From Fibrobacteria bacterium (GTDB lineage: Bacteria > Fibrobacterota > Fibrobacteria > UBA11236), in NCBI GenBank assembly GCA_041746255.1, contig JBGTHM010000125.1, forward strand, positions 32,001 through 96,000: a stretch of DNA of 64,000 nucleotides. Direction: 5' to 3'. The position numbers and the translations under genes were made by a program. The notes under the pieces were generated by a model. The model saw only the letters and a program-made list of their open reading frames with translations. It searched no databases and was not told the DNA's origin. The stretch's first letter is position 1. Each line of letters opens with the position of its first letter. Below, piece after piece: positions 28,462 through 38,811 of this stretch.

Positions 28462-29755
28462 TTATGTTCCTGGTAACCCTGTCTGGTTGGTTGGGCAGAA
28501 CGATGCGGAACTCGGTGCCGACATCGCGCTGCGTCTTCTCAACGTATATTTTTCCTTCGTGATATTCTCCGACTATGCGCCCACAGAGCGGGAGACCCAG
28601 CCCCCAACCCCTTTTTTTGGTGGTAAAACCCGGTTTAAACACTTGTTTCAGGTTCTCCCGGGGAATTCCCTTTCCATTGTCGGCCACCGAAATCAGGACG
28701 CTGTCATCTTTTTCCAGGTACTCCGTTGATATAATAATTAATCCGTCTTTAACTTCAATGGAGTCGACGGCGTTGCGGATGAGGTTTTCGATGACCCAAC
28801 CGATGAGTTCGCGGTTAAACCAGATTTCCGGCAATTGGCCCAGCCGCAGCTCAATATTGATTTTCTTGCCCAAATGCGGCAACCGTGTCCGGAAATAGTG
28901 GCTGGTGAAGGTGATGATGTCGTTGAGCTGTTGTCGCTTGAGGGCGGGGGTGGAGCCGATTTGTGAAAATCGGGTGGCGATACGGTTGAGCCGGGAGATG
29001 TCGCTTTCCATTTCCCCCAATATTTTTAAAAGCCTTTCCGCGTCCTGTTGCGATTCGGCCTTTATTTTCATGAAGTCTATCCATCCCAACAGGGACGATA
29101 TTGGAGTGCCCAATTGATGGGCGGTTTCCTTGGCCAATCCAACCCAGAGAACGCTTTGCTCATGGGAACGGATGATGTAGAAACCGAAATAGCCGATGAA
29201 GCTGAGCAGTAGAATCACCACCAGTTCCACCATAGGCATATAGGATAGGATTTGGATGAGGGGAAGTTCCCCGTAGTGGAGGTAGCCCAGCTTATGCTCT
29301 CCCGTCTGGAGGGGCAGGGGGGTTCTTTCCTGGTCGTATTGCCGAACCAAACCGAGTATGTATTCCCGTTCCCTCTCGCCGAGTTGGTCGAAACCCACGG
29401 GCTCGAGATTCAAATGTTTTTCCCAGAACCGCAGGCGGATGTTGTTCCAGCTGATGGGAAGGTTATTCTGATCGGTGACGACCATGGGAACTTGGGATTT
29501 CAGGACAATCTCATTGAAGATGACGTTGATCTCATCCTTGCTGAGTTGCTCCGCAATGGCCACGGCATAGAGCCGGGCTTCTTTCTCATTGACGTCCAGC
29601 GCTTGGGTTTCCAAGGTGCTGATGAAAAACTGGTTTAATATGATGAAGCAGCCCAGGAGGACCAGGGTGCTGACGAAAAGCAGATAGCGGACGTTGGCCT
29701 GCGGAAGCGAAGCCAACCATCCTTTGAATTTTTTTATCACCATGAGCCGGGTCAA
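28454..29755 (-). CDS. Membrane sensor histidine kinase
   Basis: Two TM segments, WVGLAKETAHQLGTPISSL H-box, ENLIRNAVD, DNGKG, FKPGFTTKKRGWGLGL. Confidence 0.93.
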   Translation of the reverse strand: MTRLMVIKKFKGWLASLPQANVRYLLFVSTLVLLGCFIILNQFFISTLETQALDVNEKEARLYAVAIAEQLSKDEINVIFNEIVLKSQVPMVVTDQNNLPISWNNIRLRFWEKHLNLEPVGFDQLGEREREYILGLVRQYDQERTPLPLQTGEHKLGYLHYGELPLIQILSYMPMVELVVILLLSFIGYFGFYIIRSHEQSVLWVGLAKETAHQLGTPISSLLGWIDFMKIKAESQQDAERLLKILGEMESDISRLNRIATRFSQIGSTPALKRQQLNDIITFTSHYFRTRLPHLGKKINIELRLGQLPEIWFNRELIGWVIENLIRNAVDSIEVKDGLIIISTEYLEKDDSVLISVADNGKGIPRENLKQVFKPGFTTKKRGWGLGLPLCGRIVGEYHEGKIYVEKTQRDVGTEFRIVLPNQPDRVTRNINE

Positions 29756-29808
29756 CCGGCTAAGGTAGGCGATCTTAAACTTCAGAAATCCTCCTCAACG
29801 AAAATCGG

Positions 29809-31077
29809 CTAAGGGACGAGTTCTTTGCGCCCACCCAGATAATGTCGTAAAACCTCGGGTATGAGAACCGTGCCGTTTTCGGTTTGGAAGTTCTCCAATA
29901 AGGCGACCAGTATACGAGGTGTCGCCAGTCCGGAGCCGTTCAAGGTATGGACGAAGCGCATTTGCCCGTCCTTTTTGGTGCGGATATTGGCGCGACGGGC
30001 CTGGAAGTCGCCGAATACGGAAACCGAGGAAACTTCGAGCCAGGCATTGGCGGCAGGAGCGAATACTTCCAGGTCGTAGCATTTGGCGGCGCCGAAACCC
30101 AGGTCGCCGGTACATAATTCCAGCACGCGATAGGGTAACTCCAACATGCGGAGAAGATTCTCACCGTAAGCTCTTAATTCCTCCAAGACTTCCAGGGAAT
30201 GTTCCGGTTCGGTAAACTTCACCATTTCCACTTTGTTGAATTGGTGGAGGCGCAGAAAGCCGCGGGTATCCTTTCCCCAAGAACCCGCTTCCCGTCGAAA
30301 ACATGGCGTGTAGGCGACATAGGATATGGGAAGTTTGTCGGCGGGAATGATTTCGTCCCGGTGCATGTTGGTCACCGGTACTTCGGCGGTGGGAATGAGA
30401 AAAAGACCGTCCTCGCCGCAGGCGTACATGTCCTCTTCGAACTTGGGGAGCTGGCTGGTGCCTACCATCGACTGGCGGTTGACCAGAAGGGGGGGGATCA
30501 ATTCCGTGAATCCATGTTTGTCGATATGGGTATCGAGGAAAAATTGGATGAGGGCACGTTCAAGCCGCGCGCCAATACCCGTGAAAACCGGAAAGCCCCT
30601 GCCGGTTATCTTGGCGCCTCTTTCGAAATCGAACAGTTTGAGGTTGGCGCCCAGGGCCATATGATCTTGCAGCGGAAAGCTGAAATTCCGTCGTTCGCCC
30701 CATTCCGATACCACTTTATTGTCGGACGATCCGCCTCCCAAGGGCACGCTTTCATGCGGAATATTGGGGACCAGCAGGGCCAGTTCCGCGAAGGTCTTCT
30801 CAGCGGAGCCGTATTCTTCCTGTAGCGCCTTGATCTTGTCGCCCAGGGTTTTGGTTTCCGCGATGGAGGCGGTTGCATCCTCACCGGTCTTTTTGAGTTG
30901 CGCGATGCGGTCGGATGCGAGATTGCGCGCATGTTTCATCTGATCGAGCTGGGAACCCAGACGTCGCTTCTCCTCGTCGAGGCGTATCAGGGAATCGACG
31001 TCAACCTGGACGCGACGTGCCTGGAGGGCCTGTTTGATTTTTTCCGGGTTTTCGCGGTAAAGTCGGGGGTCGAGCAT
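29809..31077 (-). CDS. serS: Serine--tRNA ligase
   Basis: MLDPRLYRENPE start, LIPTAEVP, CFRREAGS.G.DTRG..RLHQFNKVE, HTLNGSGLA. Confidence 0.98.
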   Translation of the reverse strand: MLDPRLYRENPEKIKQALQARRVQVDVDSLIRLDEEKRRLGSQLDQMKHARNLASDRIAQLKKTGEDATASIAETKTLGDKIKALQEEYGSAEKTFAELALLVPNIPHESVPLGGGSSDNKVVSEWGERRNFSFPLQDHMALGANLKLFDFERGAKITGRGFPVFTGIGARLERALIQFFLDTHIDKHGFTELIPPLLVNRQSMVGTSQLPKFEEDMYACGEDGLFLIPTAEVPVTNMHRDEIIPADKLPISYVAYTPCFRREAGSWGKDTRGFLRLHQFNKVEMVKFTEPEHSLEVLEELRAYGENLLRMLELPYRVLELCTGDLGFGAAKCYDLEVFAPAANAWLEVSSVSVFGDFQARRANIRTKKDGQMRFVHTLNGSGLATPRILVALLENFQTENGTVLIPEVLRHYLGGRKELVP

Positions 31078-31208
31078 AGAAGAATCCTGTAAAAGCATGA
31101 AATCTAGCTAATTTCGGACCTGCGCCTAATGCCTGCTTTGTATACTATTTTGCTGCGATGGAGCGGTTCCGCGGGTTCGGAGTCGGTTAGTCGAGTTACC
31201 AAGAGGAT

Positions 31209-33635
31209 ATGGGAACCATGCAGAAATTCGCACTTCTGGCGCTGTTCATGCCCCTGCTGGCGTGGGGGCAAACTTACGATGTGGTCGGTTTGGTCATGGA
31301 CTCCGATAGGGGAGATCCCCTGGGGTCCGTGCAGGTTCTAACCAAAAGCGGGAGGGAGTTGGGCAGGACCAATTCCCAGGGGCGTTTCGAAGTCGAGGTC
31401 AACAGCAGACAGGCCATCCTGGTTTTTAGAAGACATACCTATCGCGATCTGGAGCTCGACCTCGGTACGCTTCCCGAAATCATTGGTGTGGAAGTGTTGA
31501 TGGAATCGGAGGTCGAGCAGTTGGAAGACGTGGTGGCCCGTGAAAGACAGGTTGTCCGGCGAGACGACTTTCAAGCGCAGAGCATTGAAGAATTGGAACT
31601 CTTCTCGGGCATGAAAATCGATTTGAACGATCATCTCCGCCAATTGGCGGGTGTTTCCGGCATGGGGGAATTCAGCAACGACATCTCGGTTTTCGGGGGC
31701 CGTACTTCCGACGCTACCCATTATCTGGGGCTTTCGCGCATTGCCAGTCTCCGGCATCTCGATATCGGTTTTCCGGGAAATCAAAGCGTTTTGAACCCGC
31801 GGGTGTTGCGCTCAATCAGCGTGGAGGATAACCTCGCGCGGGGTCCCTTGAATCAAGGGAATTCATCCGCCCTGGTCTATGATTTGCGAGAGGGCGATCC
31901 TTATAATATCCACGTCGACCTGGTGTTCGGCACCATCAATCGAGAGCTTAACATGAACGCATACTGGGATGGCCGTACCTATCTGCTCTCAGGCCGTTAC
32001 CTGGAGCCCACTTTTTTGGCGAATATGGGCGAGCGTTTTTTCACTGTTCCCAAGGATGCGAGAATTGACCGGGTCGGTCGGCCCTGCGACCCTTCGGAGG
32101 TTTGCCGCAACCTGTCCAATCCCATCGATGCGGAAAGTGGAGACCTCTTTTTCAGTACCTTCAAACGCGATTCCCTGGGCGGCTTCGGCCGACATAGTCT
32201 CGTGGCCGTTCTGGATAGCTTTACCATAATGCAGGACATTTCCGATTCGCCCACCGAGACGCGAGCCCTGAAAATCAACGAGGGTAGCCAGCGTGGGGCC
32301 ATGTATGCTTATGAAGGATTCTCTCCGCGTGAATCGGGTGATTTGCAATACTCGTTGTCGTATCTGAGATTGGGCCGCGCCGATGCTTATCGCGATACCC
32401 TGCCTCCTCCGAGCCATCAAAACTTTCGCCTTCCCTGGTATTATGCTTCGGGTTCCAGTTTTGAAAATCTGCTTGGTAATTCCCACCAAAGCCGAGACGA
32501 AGCCTTCGCGACCCTGCATTGGTATCCCTACGAGAAAACCCGTGGTATACAAATGGGTTACGGCGTGGAGTTGGAATATCAACGCGAAGACCGGCAATTC
32601 ATGAATTCCAGTGATGGAAGGCGCAGCCTCCAAGCGGAGGCGGGATTATTAGGGGCCACCACTTTGCTGCGCATGCGCCGCGATTTACCTGCCAACTCCA
32701 CCCTGGAGGGCACCGTAGGCGCGCTATCGGTGGCCTCGGGACTGGCGGGAGATGATGAATTCGAAACACTCATGCCCGGGCCGGTGGCTTCCCTGCGTTT
32801 AGGTAAGGGTCTTGGAAAAGACCATAATATTTTCAGCGAATTGGCGCTAAGGCAGACCGCCGCCATCGAACCGGCGCCCGGCAACCGTCTCCAGGCGGGA
32901 TTGACGCCCAGCGCCGAATTCAAAACGGGTGTGAACGGTTCGCTGGGAAGCAAAATCCAATATGCCGGCAGTGCGTATACTCGATTTTACCAGGATCCCA
33001 CCCTGCCGGTTCCCGAAGTTTATTGGAACTATCGCGAAACCCAGACGGCTGAATTCGCCAATGTGACGGGCGGAAATCTGGTCGCCACCTGGCTGCCGAA
33101 TCATCACATGGGAATGAGCGTCAACGCTTCGTCGGTACAGGGGGATTATTACTTGAAAGACGAGGGAACCATTCCCTGGGAATCCAACCGCACCTTGGAT
33201 TTGGCGGCCAACTTTCGTTTTCTTCCCCGTCGCGATTCCCTGCTGAGTTTCATCGTCACCTATGGAGTGAATAACGGAGTTCCCTTATACGAATACGCGA
33301 TGAACCGTGATGGCGGCAATGCCGAAAACTCCACCCGTACCGTGCGTCGCAGTTCCGACTATCCTTCGGTTTCGAGGCAGCGCACCGACATTCGTATCAA
33401 CCTTAATCTTAAAAGCGGGCTACGGCCCCTGGATACTTTCCGCTTCTTTTTCGAAGCCGACAATATCTTCGCGCATTTCGACGACCCGTTTTTCCGGGAG
33501 CTGGGCGGGGATAATCAGCGCCGTCGCGGCTGGACCCGCTCGGGATCCGAAACCAACGATGTGCTCAAGCCGGTGGTAACCCGGGGCATGGGGCTCTTCA
33601 TCCTATTCGGATTCGAAGCGAAGCTGCTTATTTAG
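31209..33635 (+). CDS. TonB-dependent-receptor-like outer membrane protein with an N-terminal carboxypeptidase-regulatory-like domain
   Basis: Signal peptide; G.V.D...G.PL..V.V...TNSQGRF; plug-like LRQLAGV...ISVFGG; beta-rich C-terminal region. Confidence 0.65.
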   Translation: MGTMQKFALLALFMPLLAWGQTYDVVGLVMDSDRGDPLGSVQVLTKSGRELGRTNSQGRFEVEVNSRQAILVFRRHTYRDLELDLGTLPEIIGVEVLMESEVEQLEDVVARERQVVRRDDFQAQSIEELELFSGMKIDLNDHLRQLAGVSGMGEFSNDISVFGGRTSDATHYLGLSRIASLRHLDIGFPGNQSVLNPRVLRSISVEDNLARGPLNQGNSSALVYDLREGDPYNIHVDLVFGTINRELNMNAYWDGRTYLLSGRYLEPTFLANMGERFFTVPKDARIDRVGRPCDPSEVCRNLSNPIDAESGDLFFSTFKRDSLGGFGRHSLVAVLDSFTIMQDISDSPTETRALKINEGSQRGAMYAYEGFSPRESGDLQYSLSYLRLGRADAYRDTLPPPSHQNFRLPWYYASGSSFENLLGNSHQSRDEAFATLHWYPYEKTRGIQMGYGVELEYQREDRQFMNSSDGRRSLQAEAGLLGATTLLRMRRDLPANSTLEGTVGALSVASGLAGDDEFETLMPGPVASLRLGKGLGKDHNIFSELALRQTAAIEPAPGNRLQAGLTPSAEFKTGVNGSLGSKIQYAGSAYTRFYQDPTLPVPEVYWNYRETQTAEFANVTGGNLVATWLPNHHMGMSVNASSVQGDYYLKDEGTIPWESNRTLDLAANFRFLPRRDSLLSFIVTYGVNNGVPLYEYAMNRDGGNAENSTRTVRRSSDYPSVSRQRTDIRINLNLKSGLRPLDTFRFFFEADNIFAHFDDPFFRELGGDNQRRRGWTRSGSETNDVLKPVVTRGMGLFILFGFEAKLLI

Positions 33636-33852
33636 GCTGGTTGGTAGAAGGGGATTCAACCTGGTATATCACCGGGTGGATTTGCTGCGAAACCGGAAGC
33701 AGCGACGTGCGGCTCACCCGGTCGATGGAAGCGTGCGTCTCTTCGGAGCGTGCCATCGATTGGAATTCAAACGACTGGATTTGTCCACTAAAGGATTCGG
33801 CTACTTCGCGCGCAGTCAGGATTTTTGTGCGGATTGCGCCCATATAACCCCT

Positions 33853-34464
33853 TTAGGGAAACAAACCGGTTTCGGAGCAACCCTCGGGACTTTCGTCTTC
33901 GGCCCGCAACACTTCGAATTCCATTTCATACTCGCTGGGCGTGAAAAGCAGGGAGTCGGATCCACCTTGACGTATCCATATCATCAGCCGGTCCTGAAAA
34001 GGCGCTTCGTGAAATTTTTGCAGCAAGGCGGCATTGACGGGCAGCACTTTCAGGGTTTCGGCAGGCGCTCCGGTGATGGCGATAAGTGAATCTACCGAGG
34101 GCTGGTGAGCCCGTATGACGGAGGTGGAAAGGGTGTCGCAAGCGGGACAGGTGAACAAAGCGCGCCCCTCTTCCGTTGTAAGTTGCATCATCCGTTTTTG
34201 GCCGTCGCAGGGAATGTATATGGCATACCCTTGCCCTTCGATAAGACTTATCTGAATCCATTCGGAAGGCAGGTTATTCCAAGTCGACAGCAGCGATTCG
34301 CCATCGAGGAATTGCGATGCGGTTACTCCTTCTCGAGCGGCTTCTTCCTGTACCTTACGAAGCCGACTATTGGTGACCAGATAAAGTACGAACCACAGCA
34401 AAATAGCTACGCCTAAAATGGCAAAGAGGACTTTTTTCCCGGACACCGTGTTTTCGCTTGCCAT
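33853..34464 (-). CDS. Hypothetical membrane-anchored periplasmic protein with 4 Cys
   Basis: N-terminal TM; IYIPCDG, CPAC and GCS cysteines. Confidence 0.65.
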   Translation of the reverse strand: MASENTVSGKKVLFAILGVAILLWFVLYLVTNSRLRKVQEEAAREGVTASQFLDGESLLSTWNNLPSEWIQISLIEGQGYAIYIPCDGQKRMMQLTTEEGRALFTCPACDTLSTSVIRAHQPSVDSLIAITGAPAETLKVLPVNAALLQKFHEAPFQDRLMIWIRQGGSDSLLFTPSEYEMEFEVLRAEDESPEGCSETGLFP

Positions 34465-34622
34465 GTCTCAAAAATTAGTTAATGGCTTTCGGATAAACCG
34501 ATAAAGGTGAAAATTCCTTATGTTGATAACTTGTCTTTTTCGCAATTGGAAAAGGCCGAGGAGCCTTGAGACCCAAGCTTGTTAGCTATATTTCCCTGCA
34601 AACACAGCGGAAGGAACGGCTC

Positions 34623-36305
34623 GTGAGCGAATTGACACAGTCCAGCGTCTGGAAAAGCCTTGAATCCCATTATGAATCCGCCCGCGAATGGCGGATGCGT
34701 GACCTTTTTGCACGCGATGCAGGTCGGGCTCAGAAATTCCATTTGGAAGCCTGTGGATTATATGTTGATTTCAGCAAAAATATCATCACCCAGGAAACTC
34801 TGGGGTTATTACGTGGATTGGCCATGGAGGCCCGTGTGCCCGCCGCCCGCGAAGCCATGTTTTCCGGCCAACCCATCAATATCACGGAAGGGCGGGCTGT
34901 GCTGCATACCGCCTTGCGCAATCGTGGAAATTCGCCGGTAATGGTCGATGGCGAGGATGTCATGCCTCGCATCAATGCCGTGCTGAAACAAATGGAAACT
35001 TTTACCCGACGGATCCGTTCGGGAGAATGGAAGGGGCATAGCGGGAAATCCATCCGTTTCGTGGTCAATATCGGAATCGGCGGTTCTGATTTGGGACCGT
35101 CCATGATTACCGAAGCGCTACGTCCCTATGGAGAGGATGCCTCCGGTCGCAGGCTGGAATGCTTATTCGTTTCCAATGTCGACGCCACCCATCTGGCCGA
35201 GGCATTAAAAAAAGTGGACTTGGAGGAAACCCTCTTTTTGGTAGCATCCAAGACTTTCACCACCCAGGAAACCATGCGGAACGCCCAATCGGCTAAGGCG
35301 GCTTTGTTGGAAAGGTTCGCAGGGGATGAATCGGCGGTGGCCCGGCATTTTGCGGCCCTTTCTACGAATATCCAGGCAGTGACGGCTTTTGGAATCGATC
35401 CCGAGAACATTTTTGCATTCTGGGATTGGGTGGGAGGACGCTATTCTTGCTGGTCGGCTATCGGATTGCCCATCGCATTGGCCATCGGATACGAGAATTT
35501 TCAGGAATTTCTTTCCGGAGCCCATGCCATGGATAAACATTTCCGGGAAGCCTCCCTGGAAAAAAACATCCCGGCGATTTTGGCCTTGCTGGGGGTTTGG
35601 TATAACAATTTTTTCCAGGCGCAAACCCATGCGGTTTTGCCTTATGATCAATACTTGCAACGTTTCCCGGCGTATTTACAGCAAGCAGACATGGAGTCGA
35701 GCGGGAAGTCGGTGGATAAAGAGGGCGTAAGAGTCGATTACCAGACGGGACCGGTGATTTGGGGCGAACCGGGGACCAACGGTCAACACAGTTTCTACCA
35801 ATTGCTTCATCAAGGCACGAAACTGATTCCCAGCGATTTTCTCGCTCCGCTGGTTTCGCACAATCCCATCGCGGATCACCACGGAATTCTGCTTTCCAAT
35901 TGTTTCGCTCAGACCGAAGCGCTCATGCTTGGGCGTACCCGCGAAGAAGTCGAGGCGGATTTACGCGAAGCGAACCTGGACGACGCGGAAATTGCGCGTC
36001 TGGCGCCGCATAAAGTCTTTGAAGGCAACCGGCCTTCCAATACCATTTTGTTCGAAAAACTCACGCCTTATACCCTGGGTACGCTGATTGCTCTCTATGA
36101 GCATAAGATTTTTGTGCAGGGCGTAATTTGGAACGTCAATAGCTTCGATCAAATGGGAGTGGAATTGGGCAAGGTGTTGGCCAAGAAAATCCAGGCCGAA
36201 CTGGCGCAAGTGGAGAAGAACCCTGCTGCGGAACTGGCCCACGACGGCTCGACGTCCACTCTTATCCGATATTACCTGGAGAAACGTTCACAGGCATCTC
36301 GCTAA
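34623..36305 (+). CDS. pgi: Glucose-6-phosphate isomerase
   Basis: [63 protein letters not shown] start at 34623 after a GGAAGGA RBS. Confidence 0.98.
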   Translation: MSELTQSSVWKSLESHYESAREWRMRDLFARDAGRAQKFHLEACGLYVDFSKNIITQETLGLLRGLAMEARVPAAREAMFSGQPINITEGRAVLHTALRNRGNSPVMVDGEDVMPRINAVLKQMETFTRRIRSGEWKGHSGKSIRFVVNIGIGGSDLGPSMITEALRPYGEDASGRRLECLFVSNVDATHLAEALKKVDLEETLFLVASKTFTTQETMRNAQSAKAALLERFAGDESAVARHFAALSTNIQAVTAFGIDPENIFAFWDWVGGRYSCWSAIGLPIALAIGYENFQEFLSGAHAMDKHFREASLEKNIPAILALLGVWYNNFFQAQTHAVLPYDQYLQRFPAYLQQADMESSGKSVDKEGVRVDYQTGPVIWGEPGTNGQHSFYQLLHQGTKLIPSDFLAPLVSHNPIADHHGILLSNCFAQTEALMLGRTREEVEADLREANLDDAEIARLAPHKVFEGNRPSNTILFEKLTPYTLGTLIALYEHKIFVQGVIWNVNSFDQMGVELGKVLAKKIQAELAQVEKNPAAELAHDGSTSTLIRYYLEKRSQASR

Positions 36306-36338
36306 AATCGAAGATTTGGGGATGGACCCAGGACAGTT

Positions 36339-38348
36339 TCAAGGGGCGTATTGCTTACCTTTTCGATGTAGATCGAGAATGCCCCTTACCTTTTGCCGCA
36401 ACATTTCAGCCGTGAAGGGTTTCGCCAGAAAGTGCACTTCCGCGGAAGAAATACCCCTTCTTATGGCGATATCCTCGGTATATCCTGAAATGTAGAGTAT
36501 GGGCATATCCGGGTGCATAGAATGCACGGCCATGGCCAGTTCGCGACCGCTCATGCGCGGCATGACCAAATCCGTTATCAGCAAATCGATAGGCCCCTCC
36601 TCCGCCTGGCAGAGGTTCAACGCCTCGTCGCCTCCATGGGCTTCGAGTACGCGATAACCGCTTTCCGTTAAAAGCCGCATGATCAGATTACGCACGGCCT
36701 CTTCGTCTTCGGCGAGCAATACCGTTTCGGTGCCTCCTTGCGCGGGTTTCGCCGGGTTCGCAAGGCTTGCATCGGAACTCGCCTTTTCGGACGATGCCGG
36801 AAAATAAATCCGGAAGGTCGTGCCTTCACCGGGTTCGCTGGTAACCTGTATGCAACCGTTGTTTTGCTTGACGATGCCATATACCGAAGCCAATCCCATG
36901 CCAGTACCCTGCATTCCGGGTTTGGTGGTAAAAAAGGGTTCAAAGATATGCGAGAGCGTGTTTTTGTCCATGCCGGATCCGTTATCTTTGACGCTAAGCA
37001 GAACCCAATCGGTACTGGCATTGGGTTCACAATTCAGCAAGCTCTCGGGAGGGGCGGCGGCAGCGGTTTCGATGGTGATGATTCCTCCCTCATTTATGGC
37101 ATCGCGCGCATTGATGACCAGATTCAGGATAATTTGCTCCAACTGCACCGCGTCCAGCTTGATAAGAGGCAGGTCGCAACCCAAAAGCGTGACCAATTCA
37201 ATGTTTTCCCCGATGAGCCGACGGAGCATTTTATTCTGACCGACCAACAATTGATTGAGATCGAGCACGTCGGGTTGGAGAATTTGCTTGCGGCTGAACA
37301 TCAGCAATTGCCGGGTGAGGGAGGCGGCTCTTCCGCCGGCGCGTTTGATTTCCTCCAGACCCGTCATCAGGGTTTCCGGACTGTCGAGCGCATGCAAGAG
37401 CAAATCGCTGTAACCATTGATGGCGGTAAGGATGTTGTTGAAGTCGTGGGCGATACCCCCGGCAAGCCGACCAATGGCTTCCATCTTCTGGGAATGCCGC
37501 AGATTATCCTCCGATTGCTTGAGGGCCTCTTCCGCGCGCTTGCGTTCGGTAACGTTTTCGATTAGCCCGTCCATGAAGAGCTTGCCGTCGGCATAGCGAT
37601 TAAGGACGATGGAAAGCGAGGCCCATATCACCCTTTCGTTTCGTTTGCGTAACGGCATTTCGGGCCATTGCGCATGCCCGTTCGCTTGCAGCGTCCGGGT
37701 CAGGGCAAGAAATTCGGCGTCGGAAGAAAATAGGGAGCGCAGGTCCAGGGATTGGACAGGCTCTTCACGAGGGATACCCAACAATTCGAGAAACCCTGGG
37801 TTGGCCTCGAATAACTTGCCTTCTAAGTCGGCCCGAAAGACGCCCACATTCAGCCGGTTAAGCAAATCCTGGAGGCGGTTTTCCACTTCGCGTGTGCGGG
37901 TTCTAGCATGGAAAATGCCGGATGCCGCCGATACGGCGGACCTTAATTGGTTGTAATTCCGTTGCGACTTCAAAACATAATCCGATAGCCCAGCCTTCAT
38001 GGCCCGTACGGCGATTTCCTCGTTTCCGGTGGCGGTGAACATAATGACCGGTCGCCAGGGAAAACGTTTCTTGATCTCTTCCGTAACCTTGATTCCGTTA
38101 CTCCAAAGCAATTGGTAATCCGTGACCGCCACGTCGAAGGGGAACTCGTCCAGCGCTTTATCCAGTTCGGTTTGGTTGCGCACCTGTTCAATTTGCAACC
38201 GGCCGAATTCGCGATCGAGTTCGCGGATGACCAGCAGACGGTCGTCGGGATTGTCGTCGATGATTAGAACCCGAATGAAAGCATCCTTGTCTTCAGTCAT
38301 AAAAGGGATTCCTTCTACCATTGCAAGTTCATTGAATTTGCGTGTCAT
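36339..38348 (-). CDS. Hybrid histidine kinase REC-PAS-HisKA-HATPase-REC (start may be ATG 38300)
   Basis: IIDDNPDD receiver, [36 protein letters not shown]-terminal LLAEDE...TDLVMP...KP. Confidence 0.93.
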   Translation of the reverse strand: MTRKFNELAMVEGIPFMTEDKDAFIRVLIIDDNPDDRLLVIRELDREFGRLQIEQVRNQTELDKALDEFPFDVAVTDYQLLWSNGIKVTEEIKKRFPWRPVIMFTATGNEEIAVRAMKAGLSDYVLKSQRNYNQLRSAVSAASGIFHARTRTREVENRLQDLLNRLNVGVFRADLEGKLFEANPGFLELLGIPREEPVQSLDLRSLFSSDAEFLALTRTLQANGHAQWPEMPLRKRNERVIWASLSIVLNRYADGKLFMDGLIENVTERKRAEEALKQSEDNLRHSQKMEAIGRLAGGIAHDFNNILTAINGYSDLLLHALDSPETLMTGLEEIKRAGGRAASLTRQLLMFSRKQILQPDVLDLNQLLVGQNKMLRRLIGENIELVTLLGCDLPLIKLDAVQLEQIILNLVINARDAINEGGIITIETAAAAPPESLLNCEPNASTDWVLLSVKDNGSGMDKNTLSHIFEPFFTTKPGMQGTGMGLASVYGIVKQNNGCIQVTSEPGEGTTFRIYFPASSEKASSDASLANPAKPAQGGTETVLLAEDEEAVRNLIMRLLTESGYRVLEAHGGDEALNLCQAEEGPIDLLITDLVMPRMSGRELAMAVHSMHPDMPILYISGYTEDIAIRRGISSAEVHFLAKPFTAEMLRQKVRGILDLHRKGKQYAP

Positions 38349-38811
38349 TCCATACCTCGATTTCCCGGGGTGGATTCCGGTTCGCTTGCAGCCAATATTG
38401 TCCGATTAGGCGGACAAGCGAAGAAAGCCCATCGAAGTCGGAAGGTTTCACGAGATAGGAATTCGCACCCAGAGTGTAGGCCCTTGCGATATCGGTCTCC
38501 TCGCCGGATGAGGATAATATCACGACGGGCAGGAAACGAATTTGGTTCTGTCTACGCAGCCACTCCAAAACCTCAAAGCCGGATTTTCCGGGTAGTTTCA
38601 AATCCAGCAGGATGAAATTGGGTAGAGGATAGCGGTTGCGGTCCGAATAGGGATCCAGGCCGGCCAAATAGGCTATGGCGTTCTCCCCATCCGCTACCAC
38701 CTGGTAGTGCGCGCGCAGCTGGGATTTTTCGAACGCCCTGCGAACCAGCCATGCGTCGTTGGCATCGTCTTCGACATGCAGTAATGTATAACGCTGAATG
38801 GCGGTGGTCAT
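38329..38811 (-). CDS. Single-domain response regulator (Rcp1-like)
   Basis: VEDDAND, LLDLKLP, LSSS, GANSYLVKP. Confidence 0.93.
   Translation of the reverse strand: MTTAIQRYTLLHVEDDANDAWLVRRAFEKSQLRAHYQVVADGENAIAYLAGLDPYSDRNRYPLPNFILLDLKLPGKSGFEVLEWLRRQNQIRFLPVVILSSSGEETDIARAYTLGANSYLVKPSDFDGLSSLVRLIGQYWLQANRNPPREIEVWNDTQIQ

Noticed and set aside
33636..33665. Minus-strand ggttgaatcccc...acca resembling a tRNA/tmRNA 3' end
   Set aside because: Lacks the TTC T-loop and a paired T-stem; no cloverleaf.
33684..33703. ggaagcagc resembling SRP RNA domain IV
   Set aside because: The conserved upstream CAGG and the correct tetraloop geometry are absent.
34521..34529. Single DnaA-box-like 9-mer upstream of pgi
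   Set aside because: Isolated one-mismatch hit, expected by chance.
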